Below, piece by piece: positions 1 through 11,593 of a stretch of DNA of 64,000 nt (position 1 is its first letter; each line of letters starts with the position of its first letter). A program made the position numbers and the translations under genes. The notes under the pieces are model-generated. The model did no database searches, was not told where the DNA came from, and saw only the letters and a program-made list of their open reading frames with translations. The DNA is from Bdellovibrionales bacterium (GTDB lineage Bacteria; Bdellovibrionota; Bdellovibrionia; Bdellovibrionales; UBA1609), in the NCBI GenBank assembly GCA_965237565.1, contig OZ250145.1, positions 443,529 to 507,528 of the forward strand. Reading direction: 5' to 3'.

Positions 1-143
1 TTGGAAGGGAGAAAAGGGCAGAGCTTCCTGCCAATTTTAAAAGCCTCCTTGCCACTGACACGAATCAAAGCTAGAGCAGATTCTCCTGGAGGAGTTGCCA
101 GAGCACAAATTGTTTGTTGGTCTTGAGGCCTTGGCCCATTCAT
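1..143 (-). CDS. mnmE: tRNA modification GTPase MnmE, first ~47 codons only (gene continues past the left edge)
   Basis: Minus-strand translation from ATG at 143: MNGPRPQDQQTICALATPPGESALALIRVSGKEAFKIGRKL..., matching the conserved MnmE N-terminus (TI.AlaTP.G...a.iRvSG). It lies directly downstream of jag, as in the usual yidC-jag-mnmE order. Confidence 0.7.
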   Translation of the reverse strand, partial: MNGPRPQDQQTICALATPPGESALALIRVSGKEAFKIGRKLCPFLPS

Positions 144-653
144 TCAAAAAGACCCTTGGCTTTTATAAGGAGAGATGCAGATATTTTTATAAAAACCTTC
201 TCCTACGGAAGAGCTTTCTACTTTTGTATCCTCCGCTAAAAATTCATGAATTTTTTTTCTCTGAAAAGGAGGAAGAGCTTTTCTTAAGTACATTGGCTGT
301 CCTGTATTGACAACTTTCTCTCTCAATCTCTCCACTAGGTCAAAAAGCCTTTGGTCTTTTTCCTCAAAAAACCCATTGGAATCTAGAGAAACAAAAATCT
401 TTTGATCTGGACAATGATGGCGAATCACACGATTCAAGTAGATTTGAAGAGCCAAAAGAAAACGGCCATGTTTTGCTTTGAGCAAGTCCTCATCTTCTCC
501 AAAAATATTGATCACCAATTTTTCTTTACTCTCTTCCTCTATGAGAAAGGACAAAGAAAAACCACCGGCTTCTAGAAAGTCTTGCAACATATTTTCGACC
601 AAATCCTTAGTTTTTATATCCTTGGACTTAAACAAATTCTTAAATGACAGCAT
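144..653 (-). CDS. khpB: Jag/KhpB RNA-binding protein (KH + R3H domains)
   Basis: 169-aa ORF directly downstream of yidC. KH-like segment INIFGEDEDLLKAKHGRFLLALQIYLN and R3H-like C-terminus LPPFQRKKIHEFLAEDTKVESSSVGEG. Confidence 0.8.
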   Translation of the reverse strand: MLSFKNLFKSKDIKTKDLVENMLQDFLEAGGFSLSFLIEEESKEKLVINIFGEDEDLLKAKHGRFLLALQIYLNRVIRHHCPDQKIFVSLDSNGFFEEKDQRLFDLVERLREKVVNTGQPMYLRKALPPFQRKKIHEFLAEDTKVESSSVGEGFYKNICISPYKSQGSF

Positions 654-662
654 TTTTCATCC

Positions 663-2315
663 TTATTTCTTAAGCAAGAACTTCATCGGCAAAGATATCG
701 CCACTTGGTCCTTGTTTAAATAAATTTGTTGAATCAGGCCAAACAAAGAACTCACAAAAACATACAAAGTCAGACCGCTTGGCAATTGTAACATAAAAAC
801 GGTCATAAAAATAGGCAAAATCTGCATGGCTCGGGTCAGTTCCTTGCTCCCTGTGGAAACAGGAGCGATTTTTTGTTGCAAAAACATCAAGGCTCCAATC
901 AGGACGGGTAGCACGTAGTAGGGGTCCTTGGAGCTTAAATCCTGAATCCAAAAAATAAAAGGAGAACGATAGAGGGAATAGCTATTGGAGAGGGATTGCC
1001 AAAGAGACCAAAAAACTGGGATTTGAAACAACATGGGCAAGCATCCCCCCAAGGGATTGGCTTTGTAGGTCTTCATACAAGCCATTACTTCTTGGTTCAT
1101 TCGCTGGGGATCATCTTTAAATTTCTTTCGTATTTTTTGCAACTCTGGTTGAATCTTTTTCATTACTTCCATGGAACGATGAGAAGAAAGTACTAAGGGC
1201 AAAAGAAGAAAGCGAACCAAAAGAGTTAAAATGATGATTGCAACCCCCCAATTCCCCATTAGAGAGAAGAAGAAATGTAAAATTGTCAAAATCCCCCTTG
1301 CTAAGAAACCAAACCAACCAAAATCTATCCAAGCAGCCAAGTCCGGATGTTTTTCTTTCAAAGAGTAGAAAGATTTGGCTCCAATGAAAATTTGGTAAGA
1401 AAGAGAAAAATCTTGTTCTGGGTTTAAAATCTCATGACGAATGAGAGCCAACCACTGCTTTTGCCGAAAAGCAAAGCTCAGCTCAGCCAAAACTTCTGAT
1501 TGATCCAACCATGCTTGTCCAAAATACTTGGTTCCAATGGCGGCTACTTTTACCAAGGAAAAGGGAGGATTTGACTCCAGCTCTTGCACTTGGTCCTCAT
1601 CTCCTTCATGCAAGGGGATGTGTTCTTTTCCCTGAGAGGAAAAAACAAAAAAAGAAAGAAGATCTGGTTGCACAAAAAAAGATAACCATCCTCCTTGTTC
1701 GCCTTTGTCTTTTGGATTTTGAGTCAAAAAGGTATTCACTCCGAATAAATCTTGTAAATCACCGGAAAGTTTTACCTTTGTTTGCAAGAACCCCTCTTCT
1801 GAATCCAACACGATGGTTTTTTGTACTCTCACGCCTTTCCATGAGGCCATCCCTTTCCAACTGTTTCTCGATCGTTTCTCAATCTTGAAATCCAAAGCGA
1901 CTTGTTTTCCATCCTTCAATAGCAGGTGGGTTTCAAAAGGAAGATTTTGCCCTTTTGAAAAAAGCCAGATGGTCTCTCTTTTTTGATTCAAGACAGGGTG
2001 GAGTTGAATGTCTTTTAATCCCATCCCCTTTGAAGAAAGAGAAAAAGAAAAAGCTTCGCCTTTATAGGGGAAAAAAACTTCTTTTCTTTCTTTTTTTTTC
2101 AAAAAAGTGCTGCCCTTTAATTGAGAAAAATCTTTTTTATCAAACGTATTTTCCTCCGAGCTCTCAGCAAGAAGAGCAGGCGAAGAAGGCGATTTTTCCC
2201 TTTGCTCAGGATATTTTTTACGCATGTAAGCGTCCCAAGCAAACCAAACCAAAAACACTAAAAGCACTGAAATCACAGTGTTTTTATCTAAAAAATTGGA
2301 TTCATTTTCTTTCAT
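663..2315 (-). CDS. yidC: membrane protein insertase YidC
   Basis: 550-aa ORF with an N-terminal TM, a large periplasmic domain and the conserved C-terminal 5-TM core (MKKIQPELQKIRKKFKDDPQRMNQEVMACMKTYKANPLGGCLPMLFQIPVF). Synteny rnpA-yidD-yidC-jag. Confidence 0.95.
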   Translation of the reverse strand: MKENESNFLDKNTVISVLLVFLVWFAWDAYMRKKYPEQREKSPSSPALLAESSEENTFDKKDFSQLKGSTFLKKKERKEVFFPYKGEAFSFSLSSKGMGLKDIQLHPVLNQKRETIWLFSKGQNLPFETHLLLKDGKQVALDFKIEKRSRNSWKGMASWKGVRVQKTIVLDSEEGFLQTKVKLSGDLQDLFGVNTFLTQNPKDKGEQGGWLSFFVQPDLLSFFVFSSQGKEHIPLHEGDEDQVQELESNPPFSLVKVAAIGTKYFGQAWLDQSEVLAELSFAFRQKQWLALIRHEILNPEQDFSLSYQIFIGAKSFYSLKEKHPDLAAWIDFGWFGFLARGILTILHFFFSLMGNWGVAIIILTLLVRFLLLPLVLSSHRSMEVMKKIQPELQKIRKKFKDDPQRMNQEVMACMKTYKANPLGGCLPMLFQIPVFWSLWQSLSNSYSLYRSPFIFWIQDLSSKDPYYVLPVLIGALMFLQQKIAPVSTGSKELTRAMQILPIFMTVFMLQLPSGLTLYVFVSSLFGLIQQIYLNKDQVAISLPMKFLLKK

Positions 2316-2646
2316 GAACGAAACCTTCTTGGAGGGATTTTACAGAGGGCAATTTTGCTTGAGAATTTTTAAAGGGAAACAAACCGTAGCTAAAACTTCT
2401 GCCGAAGGGATGGCATTTCCCGAGCCTTTTTAGAACGAATAAACAAGCTTTCCAAGGGCTTTTTTGGTCCTGAAAAACCCTCCAAGCATAAAGAGAACAA
2501 GAGGGGCTGAATCGACAAGCCCCCCCGAGGTGGGGCGACAGGCACATCCGATAGCAGAGGATAAAAAAAAGGCAGAAGAAAGAAAAGAGTGCTTCACATT
2601 TTAATACGACGGAACGCTTTTTCAAATTGGAGACGAAAGGTTTCAT
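2302..2646 (-). CDS. yidD: membrane protein insertion efficiency factor YidD
   Basis: Contains the YidD signature LSPHLGGACRFSPSCSLYAWRVF...LKRLGKCHPFG. Lies between rnpA and yidC. Start uncertain (ATG 2646 overlaps the rnpA end; TTG 2625 is an alternative). Confidence 0.8.
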   Translation of the reverse strand: MKPFVSNLKKRSVVLKCEALFSFFCLFFILCYRMCLSPHLGGACRFSPSCSLYAWRVFQDQKSPWKACLFVLKRLGKCHPFGRSFSYGLFPFKNSQAKLPSVKSLQEGFVHERK

Positions 2647-2950
2647 AAGTCATCATTTTGTAAAAATCTTTTTTCGTTTTTTTAAATCTCACGAGAAGGT
2701 CCAATTGCGAGGACCATGTTTTTTGTTTTTCCTTTACCAAAAATCTGAGCCATCTTTTTAGGCGATTCCTTCGCACGGCAGGCAACAAGGCCTTGGGAAA
2801 AGAGCAGATCAACCGAGAATCAGACAAATCATTTTTCATATAAATAAGAAAAAAATTCTCCTCTTTGATCTGGCTTCCTTTTTCTCTCAACCTCAAAAAG
2901 TCTTTCCTTTTCAAAAAGCGCAGTGTTATTTCCTGCCCAAAACTACGCAA
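2594..2950 (-). CDS. rnpA: ribonuclease P protein component
   Basis: 118-aa basic ORF ([25 protein letters not shown]..., [10 protein letters not shown]) immediately downstream of rpmH, the canonical rpmH-rnpA pairing. Confidence 0.85.
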   Translation of the reverse strand: MRSFGQEITLRFLKRKDFLRLREKGSQIKEENFFLIYMKNDLSDSRLICSFPKALLPAVRRNRLKRWLRFLVKEKQKTWSSQLDLLVRFKKTKKDFYKMMTYETFRLQFEKAFRRIKM

Positions 2951-3075
2951 AGTTTTTTACGGCCTTTTTGTCTTCGCCGACTCAGAACTTTTCGCCCTCC
3001 GCTTTCTGACATACGTGCCCGAAAACCATGAGTACGGCTTCTTTTTATCCGGCTAGGCTGGTAAACTCTTTCCAT
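2926..3075 (-). CDS. rpmH: 50S ribosomal protein L34
   Basis: Not in the ORF track (49 aa). My minus-strand translation from ATG 3075: [49 protein letters not shown]. This matches the L34 consensus (YQPS..KR.RTHGFR.RM....GR.VL..RR.KGRK.L). Overlaps the rnpA start by 25 nt. Confidence 0.9.
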   Translation of the reverse strand: MERVYQPSRIKRSRTHGFRARMSESGGRKVLSRRRQKGRKKLCVVLGRK

Positions 3076-3216
3076 TTTCAGATATCCAAAATTTGTAATT
3101 ACGCAAAGCGTTCATTTACTTATTTATTTGACGCACAATAAAACCACAACTTGTCTCTTCCCGTCAAGGCCTTGCTCATGATACATCCCTGATCCTCTTT
3201 TCTCGCTGGGGGGATT

Positions 3217-4581
3217 ATGTCAGAAAATTTGCTATGGGACCAAATTAAAGAAGCGCTGCAAAAAAACCATCAAGGAAAAATTCTTCAACGTGTTCTCGAC
3301 AACATTTTTTTAAAGAGCCGAACCACATCGAAAGGCAGTCAGCTTTTTGTCTTGAAAGTTCCCTCCTCTTTTCATCAAAAATTTATTACTCCCTTCCTCT
3401 CAGACATCCAGAAGTGTATAAAACATAAGGGTTTTTTGCACTCGAAGATCCAAATAGAAAAAGAAAGCACCCTTTGGAAGCCGGAAAAATCAAAAAAGCA
3501 CAGCCCTTTAGAAGAACCCTTTGCCAAAAAAGTGTTCCTGAAAAAAAGCTTCTTTTCCCTCTATCCCGACCGCAATTTTTCTTCATTCATCCAAGGTCCC
3601 AGTAATCGTTTCCCCTTCGCCTTAGCAAAAAGCATTGCCAATGAGCCTTCAAAAAATTCTTCCAACCCTCTTTTCATCTATGGAGACACGGGACTCGGGA
3701 AAACCCATCTGCTGTTATCCATTGGGAACCAAATCGAACAACAAAAACCGCAACTGAAAATAAAATACCTGCCCGCAGAACGTTTTTTTAATGAGTGCAT
3801 TGATCACATTTTAAAGAATCAAATGTCAGATTTTCGCAACAAATACAGAAACAACATCCATGTTCTCCTCTTGGATGATATCCAAATTTTGGGACGAGGG
3901 GAAAGTGTTCAAGATGAATTTTTCTACACATTTGAATCCTTGGTCCAACAAGGATGCCAGATCGTACTAGCGAGTGATCGCCCGGTAAAACAAATCCAAG
4001 GACTAAAAGCCAGAATCCAAACTCGCTTTGCTGGAGGAGTGGTAGCCCATATACAAAAGCCAGATAGAGAGACGAAAATAGCGATCATAAAAAACAAAGC
4101 AAAAAAATTGTCTCTTCATCTTTCCGAAGAAATGTTGTTTTACCTAGAGCGAATTTCTACAGGCTCCATTCGAGAAATTGGAGGCTCTCTCAATAAAATA
4201 AAAATGTTTTGTGAGTTTCAAAAAACTTCTGTCTCATTAGATTTGGTTAAAAAGCTTTTTCCAGCAGAAAATCCCAAAACCGGCCCGCTCACAATCAAAG
4301 AAATTCAAAAAATCGTTTGCAGTTTGTTTGAAAAGTACAGCCCTGCAGACCTAAAATCCCTATCTAGAGATTCTCTTTTGGTGCAAACTAGGCATCTGGC
4401 TATGTTTTTGGTTAGAGAGGAACTCAACCTTCCCCTTTCAAAAATAGGGCGATATTTCGGAGGGCGTCATCACACAAGTGTGCTACACGCGATAAAAAAC
4501 ATTCAAAATCAACAGAAGAAAAATCCAGAATTAATGAAGAATATTACTCACTTAAGACAACAAATCCGCAAAAAAACCTAA
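3217..4581 (+). CDS. dnaA: chromosomal replication initiator protein DnaA
   Basis: 454 aa. AAA+ Walker A (NPLFIYGDTGLGKTHLL), Walker B (HVLLLDDIQ), and C-terminal DNA-binding domain (YFGGRHHTSVLHAIKNI). Confidence 0.97.
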   Translation: MSENLLWDQIKEALQKNHQGKILQRVLDNIFLKSRTTSKGSQLFVLKVPSSFHQKFITPFLSDIQKCIKHKGFLHSKIQIEKESTLWKPEKSKKHSPLEEPFAKKVFLKKSFFSLYPDRNFSSFIQGPSNRFPFALAKSIANEPSKNSSNPLFIYGDTGLGKTHLLLSIGNQIEQQKPQLKIKYLPAERFFNECIDHILKNQMSDFRNKYRNNIHVLLLDDIQILGRGESVQDEFFYTFESLVQQGCQIVLASDRPVKQIQGLKARIQTRFAGGVVAHIQKPDRETKIAIIKNKAKKLSLHLSEEMLFYLERISTGSIREIGGSLNKIKMFCEFQKTSVSLDLVKKLFPAENPKTGPLTIKEIQKIVCSLFEKYSPADLKSLSRDSLLVQTRHLAMFLVREELNLPLSKIGRYFGGRHHTSVLHAIKNIQNQQKKNPELMKNITHLRQQIRKKT

Positions 4582-4819
4582 AAGATTGTGGAAAACTCCT
4601 GTCAAAATAAAAAAAGCGGATTTTTTGGTGAAAAACTTTTCTTAATTCACAAAGTTTTCCACAGCTATATTCTAAAAATTTTCCATAAAAATAAGATGTT
4701 TATTCCCCTTTTCTTTGTTATCAACAGAGCCTACGAATACGACTATTTTTATATTTACTAATATAGTAAGACAAAAAGACTTTGTAAAAGATACAAAGTA
4801 AAAGCCTCCGGATGGGAAA
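4582..4819. promoter_or_regulatory. candidate oriC / DnaA-box cluster in the dnaA-dnaN spacer
   Basis: Two exact TTTTCCACA 9-mers in inverted orientation (TGTGGAAAA 4587-4595; TTTTCCACA 4655-4663). Near-boxes TTTTCCATA (4679-4687) and TTATCAACA (4718-4726). AT-rich stretch CTATTTTTATATTTACTAATATAG (~4742-4766) could serve as an unwinding element. Confidence 0.55.
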
Positions 4820-5968
4820 GTGTCATTAATAGAAGCGCAAGTAAAACAATCAGATTTTTTTCGTCTCATTGATCAAGCTTACGGTTTGATAGAGAAAAGA
4901 AACGTGATGCCTATTTTGTCCAAAGTCCTCATCGGCTTCAAAAAGGATCAATTCCATCTGCAAGCCACAGATCAAGATAACAGCATACAATGCCAAGCTC
5001 CTGCTCAAGTGAAAGGAGAGGGGGAAATGGTAGTGGATGCCCAAAACTTGTTTGAAATTTTGAAGGAGCTGGAAGATAAACCCATTTCTATTAGAGAACA
5101 AAAAAAGAAGAAAATAAGAATTACTCAGGGTTTTTGTGTTTTTAATCTGCTGAGTTTGAATGTAGAAGATTTTCCTTCTTTTCCTCCCTTTCAGATGAAG
5201 GAATCTTTTTCGATGAAGGCCTCTTCTTTAAAGGATCTTTTGGAGAAAACTTCTTACTGTTCTTCTAAGGATGAAACTCGCTATCATTTAACGGGAGTGT
5301 ATTTTGATACCGTGAAAAATTCCTCTAACCAATTCCAATTTCGTTTTGTGGCAACGGATGGGCATCGTTTGGGCTTAGCAGAACTGGATTGCGAGAAACT
5401 TTTTTTAAAAGAGCAAGGAGGAGTGATTCTTTCCAGAAAAGGAGTTCATGAAGTTAAGAAAATGATTTCTAACAATGCGAAAGATGAAATTGAGGTGGCG
5501 ATTGAAAAACCTCGTATTTTATTTCGTCAATCCCAAACCATTTTGAGCGTGAAATTGGTAGACGGAACGTATCCCAATTATGAATCTTTTATTCCCAAAA
5601 AAAGCGTGAGCTCTGTGACTTTGGAAAAAGAGAGCTTTCAGCAAGCATTGAAGAGAGTTTCTCTTCTCTCCAGCAGTCGATTCAAAGGGGTAACTTTTGA
5701 GATTGAGAAAAATCGAATGGAGATGAAGGCAGAACATCCGGATCTGGGTTCTGCTCATGATGAAGTGGAGATAGTAAAAAAGAAAGGGTCAGATTTAACT
5801 GTACGCTTCAATGCTCGTTACATTTTGGAAGCTTTGCTTACCTTAGATGAAGAACAAGTAGTGTTGGAATTTGGTGGCTCAGAATTTCCTTGTTTGATCA
5901 AATCCGTTCCAAATAAGAAATCCCAAAAAGGGAAAAATTTCTGTGTAGTAATGCCTATGAAAATCTAA
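4820..5968 (+). CDS. dnaN: DNA polymerase III beta sliding clamp
   Basis: 382 aa from a GTG start. N-terminus ...FFRLIDQAYGLIEKRNVMPILSKVLI and internal RYHLTGVYFD, FVATDGHRL, LVDGTYPNY are typical DnaN motifs. Confidence 0.95.
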   Translation: MSLIEAQVKQSDFFRLIDQAYGLIEKRNVMPILSKVLIGFKKDQFHLQATDQDNSIQCQAPAQVKGEGEMVVDAQNLFEILKELEDKPISIREQKKKKIRITQGFCVFNLLSLNVEDFPSFPPFQMKESFSMKASSLKDLLEKTSYCSSKDETRYHLTGVYFDTVKNSSNQFQFRFVATDGHRLGLAELDCEKLFLKEQGGVILSRKGVHEVKKMISNNAKDEIEVAIEKPRILFRQSQTILSVKLVDGTYPNYESFIPKKSVSSVTLEKESFQQALKRVSLLSSSRFKGVTFEIEKNRMEMKAEHPDLGSAHDEVEIVKKKGSDLTVRFNARYILEALLTLDEEQVVLEFGGSEFPCLIKSVPNKKSQKGKNFCVVMPMKI

Positions 5969-6502
5969 TGCAGTTAGAACAGTTAGAGCTGAAATATTTT
6001 AGGAACTATCGTCACATTCAGCAGGGAAAAAAACAAACAGTTTTTTCTTAATCAAAAAATCCGTCATTGTTTGTTTTCCCCTGAAAGTTTGTTTCTTTTA
6101 AAAGGTTTGGCTGAGGCAAGGAGATGGTGGATGGACCATTGGCTAGGCCGTGCAAGGCCAAGGTCTGTTGGTGGTGCGGGAATTTAAAAAAGCCTTTGTC
6201 TTTATGGACCACAAGGGGACGATTTTCAACTCTGTTTTCAAGGGAAAGACTCCAGATATTTTTGTTCTCAGAGCCAACAAAGAATGCTTTTATTTGCTCT
6301 AAAAATGGCTCAAGTTGACTGGCTTTCTGAGAGGGGAAATTCTCCCTCTTCTCTCTTGCTTTTGGGCGATGTTTTTTCAGAAATAGATAAACATCTTACC
6401 CATAATTTGCTACACTTCCTAGAGAGGGTTTCATCTCAGATTATACTGACTTCCACTCAGACGCCTTTCTTTTTGAATCGAAAGTTGTTTCGTGTTTTTT
6501 AG
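5968..6502 (+). pseudogene. recF: decayed recF remnant (three frame-shifted fragments, ~535 bp instead of ~1.1 kb)
   Basis: ATG overlapping the dnaN stop gives MQLEQLELKYFRNYRHIQQGKKQTVFS* (RecF N-terminus, stop before the Walker A). A second frame reads ...CLFSPESLFLLKGLAEARRWWMDHWLG... (the RecF FsPEdl.lvkG.p..RR.flD block). A third frame (open from 6188) reads LYGPQGDDFQLCFQGKDSRYFCSQSQQRMLLFALKMAQVDWL...SLLLLGDVFSEIDKHL...QIILTSTQ (signature and Walker B/D-loop region). No Walker A GxxGxGKT anywhere. Confidence 0.7.
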
Positions 6503-6521
6503 TTGGAAAATGAACGTTTAA

Positions 6522-8987
<2,466 letters not shown>

Positions 8988-8991
8988 GACG

Positions 8992-11457
8992 ATGAAGCCA
9001 AAAGAAAATTTTATCTCAGACATAGATATCAATCAAGAGATGAGAGAGTCTTACCTTCAATACTCTATGAGTGTGATTGTGGGGCGGGCCTTACCGGATG
9101 TGCGAGATGGTTTGAAGCCTGTGCATAGAAGAATCCTGTTCGCCATGAAAATTTTAAAAAATACCCACGACAAAGCTTACAAAAAATCTGCTCGTGTAGT
9201 TGGAGATGTGATTGGAAAATATCATCCGCACGGAGACGCAGCTGTTTACGATAGCATAGTCAGAATGGCACAAGACTTTTCCATGAGGCACCCTCTTGTG
9301 GATGGGCAAGGGAATTTTGGTTCTGTGGACGGAGATGCCCCAGCGGCTCCTCGGTACACGGAAGTACGAATGACGGCTTTGGCAGAAAAATTATTGGAGG
9401 ATATAGACAAACAGACCATTCCCTTTATTTGGAACTATGATGATACCTTACTCATTCCGCAAGTCTTACCAGCACAGTTCCCCAACCTGTTGATCAATGG
9501 GAGTGAAGGAATCGCCGTGGGAATGGCCTCTCGTATTCCTCCTCACAATCTCTCGGAGGTGATTTCCGCATGTGTAGTTTTGATTCAAAATCCTGAAGCC
9601 TCTGATGAAGACCTGATGCAAAAAGTTTTGGGCCCTGATTTTCCAACTGCTGGAATCATTAAATCTCGTGTAGGCTTGCTCTCTGCTTATAAGACCGGGA
9701 AAGGAGTGATCACCGTTCAAGCTAAAACAGAAATTATTCAGGAAAAAGGCAGAGATATCATTTTAGTCCATGAGCTTCCGTATCAGGTGAATAAGGCTCG
9801 TTTGATTGAAGGGATGGCCTTTTTAATAAAAGAGAAAAAAATTGAGGGAATTTCAGATATCAGGGACGAATCTTCCAGAGAAGGAATGAGAGTAGTGATC
9901 ACTTTAAAAAGAAAAGAAAACGCTCAAGTGATTTTGAATCGGCTATTCAAACACACTTCCCTGCGGACACGTTTTGGAATCATTTTCTTAGCTCTTGATC
10001 ACCAGAACCAACCGCAACTTTTTTCCTTGAGAAAAATGCTCAAGGCTTTTATCGAACATCGCTATATCGTGGTCACAAAAAGACTTATATTTGATCTGAA
10101 AAAAGCTCAACAAAGAGCTCATATTTTAGAAGGTTTGAAAAAGGCCATGGCATCTATTTCAGAGGTCATTCAGGCTGTCCGTTCTTCAAAAGATACGGCC
10201 ACTGCTCGTGTTCTTCTGATGAAAAAGTTTCTTCTTTCAAAGGAACAGGCTCAAGCAATTTTGGATATGCGTCTTCAAAAATTGACCAGTCTGGAAAGAG
10301 AGAAGATTTTTAAAGAATTAGAAAGTCTCTTGAAACAAATTAGCGAAACCCAAAGCATCCTAGCGAGCAAAGAACAAATTTATAAAGTGATTGAAAAAGA
10401 GCTTTTGGAAATTCAGTCCAAATTTTCTTCTCCGAGAAGAACCCAAATTGAATATGATGACGAAGAAGAAGTAACGGACAAGGATCTCATTTCCAAAGAA
10501 GATGTACTTTTGATTCTTAACTCTGATGGCGGAATCAAACGAATCTCTTTGCAAGAGTATCGACTCCAGAAAAGAGGAGGAACTGGCTTAAAAGGAAGTT
10601 CCAGCACTCTAGAAAGCGGACCCAGAGTGTGGAAAACTCTTTGTGTGAATACTCATAGCACTGTGTTGGTTTTGACAGATAGAGGACGTCTTTATTGGCT
10701 AGAGGCTTTTCGCATCCCCCAAATGAGCCGTACTTCCAAAGGCAGATCAATCAGAAACTTCCTTCCTCTGCAATCCGATGAGGAAGTGCAAGTAGTTTTA
10801 CCGGTAGAGTCTTTTTCTAAACCAAATGCTCATTTGTGTTTGATGACAAAGAAAGGAATTTTTAAAAAATCAAAACTTCAACTGTTTTCAAAACCCAGAA
10901 AGACCGGCATCTTTGCTGTCAATTTGGGAGAAGGAGACCGATTGGTTTCTGCCTGCATCAGTTCTTCAGAAGAAGATATTTTTATTTTAACTAAGAATGG
11001 ATTTTGTATTCGCTTTTCGGAAGAAAGTGTAAGAAACGTGGGGCGAACAGCAAGAGGAGTGAAAGGAATTTCCTTGCGAAAAGGAGATGAGGTTATTGGC
11101 ATGGATAATATTGAAAGAAAGTCTAAGGCAAACTTTTTAACTGTGAGCCAAAAAGCTTTTGGGAAAAGAACCATTTTGACAAAATGCCGGTCTCAAAAAA
11201 GAGGAGGCAAAGGATTGATTGCCCACAAAATCACACAGAGGACAGGGCCTTTGGTATGTGCCCATATTATTGAAGAAGAAGAATCTCAACAAATCGTTTT
11301 GATGACAAATCAGGGCCAATCCATTCGATTCTCTTGCAAGGAAGTTTCTCTGATTGGGCGTTTTACTCAAGGCGTTCGATTGATGAAATTAAAATCAGGG
11401 GAACAAGTGAGTTCTACAAGTCTAATAGAGGAAAAAGACAATTCTGAAGAAAAATAA
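8992..11457 (+). CDS. gyrA: DNA gyrase subunit A
   Basis: 821 aa. DGLKPVHRRILFAM, HPHGDAAVYDSIVRMAQ, active-site AAPRYTEVRM, and a C-terminal beta-pinwheel repeat region. Confidence 0.98.
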   Translation: MKPKENFISDIDINQEMRESYLQYSMSVIVGRALPDVRDGLKPVHRRILFAMKILKNTHDKAYKKSARVVGDVIGKYHPHGDAAVYDSIVRMAQDFSMRHPLVDGQGNFGSVDGDAPAAPRYTEVRMTALAEKLLEDIDKQTIPFIWNYDDTLLIPQVLPAQFPNLLINGSEGIAVGMASRIPPHNLSEVISACVVLIQNPEASDEDLMQKVLGPDFPTAGIIKSRVGLLSAYKTGKGVITVQAKTEIIQEKGRDIILVHELPYQVNKARLIEGMAFLIKEKKIEGISDIRDESSREGMRVVITLKRKENAQVILNRLFKHTSLRTRFGIIFLALDHQNQPQLFSLRKMLKAFIEHRYIVVTKRLIFDLKKAQQRAHILEGLKKAMASISEVIQAVRSSKDTATARVLLMKKFLLSKEQAQAILDMRLQKLTSLEREKIFKELESLLKQISETQSILASKEQIYKVIEKELLEIQSKFSSPRRTQIEYDDEEEVTDKDLISKEDVLLILNSDGGIKRISLQEYRLQKRGGTGLKGSSSTLESGPRVWKTLCVNTHSTVLVLTDRGRLYWLEAFRIPQMSRTSKGRSIRNFLPLQSDEEVQVVLPVESFSKPNAHLCLMTKKGIFKKSKLQLFSKPRKTGIFAVNLGEGDRLVSACISSSEEDIFILTKNGFCIRFSEESVRNVGRTARGVKGISLRKGDEVIGMDNIERKSKANFLTVSQKAFGKRTILTKCRSQKRGGKGLIAHKITQRTGPLVCAHIIEEEESQQIVLMTNQGQSIRFSCKEVSLIGRFTQGVRLMKLKSGEQVSSTSLIEEKDNSEEK

Positions 11458-11593
11458 CGCTATTTTTCTTTCTTTTTTTTTCTTTGCAGGATGTTTTTAT
11501 TTTGTTGATCCGATAAGAAAAGCTGAGAAATCTATTTCGAAGGGAAACTGTCAGGAAGCACAAAAATTTTTCCTTTTATCTTCAAAAAGGCCA

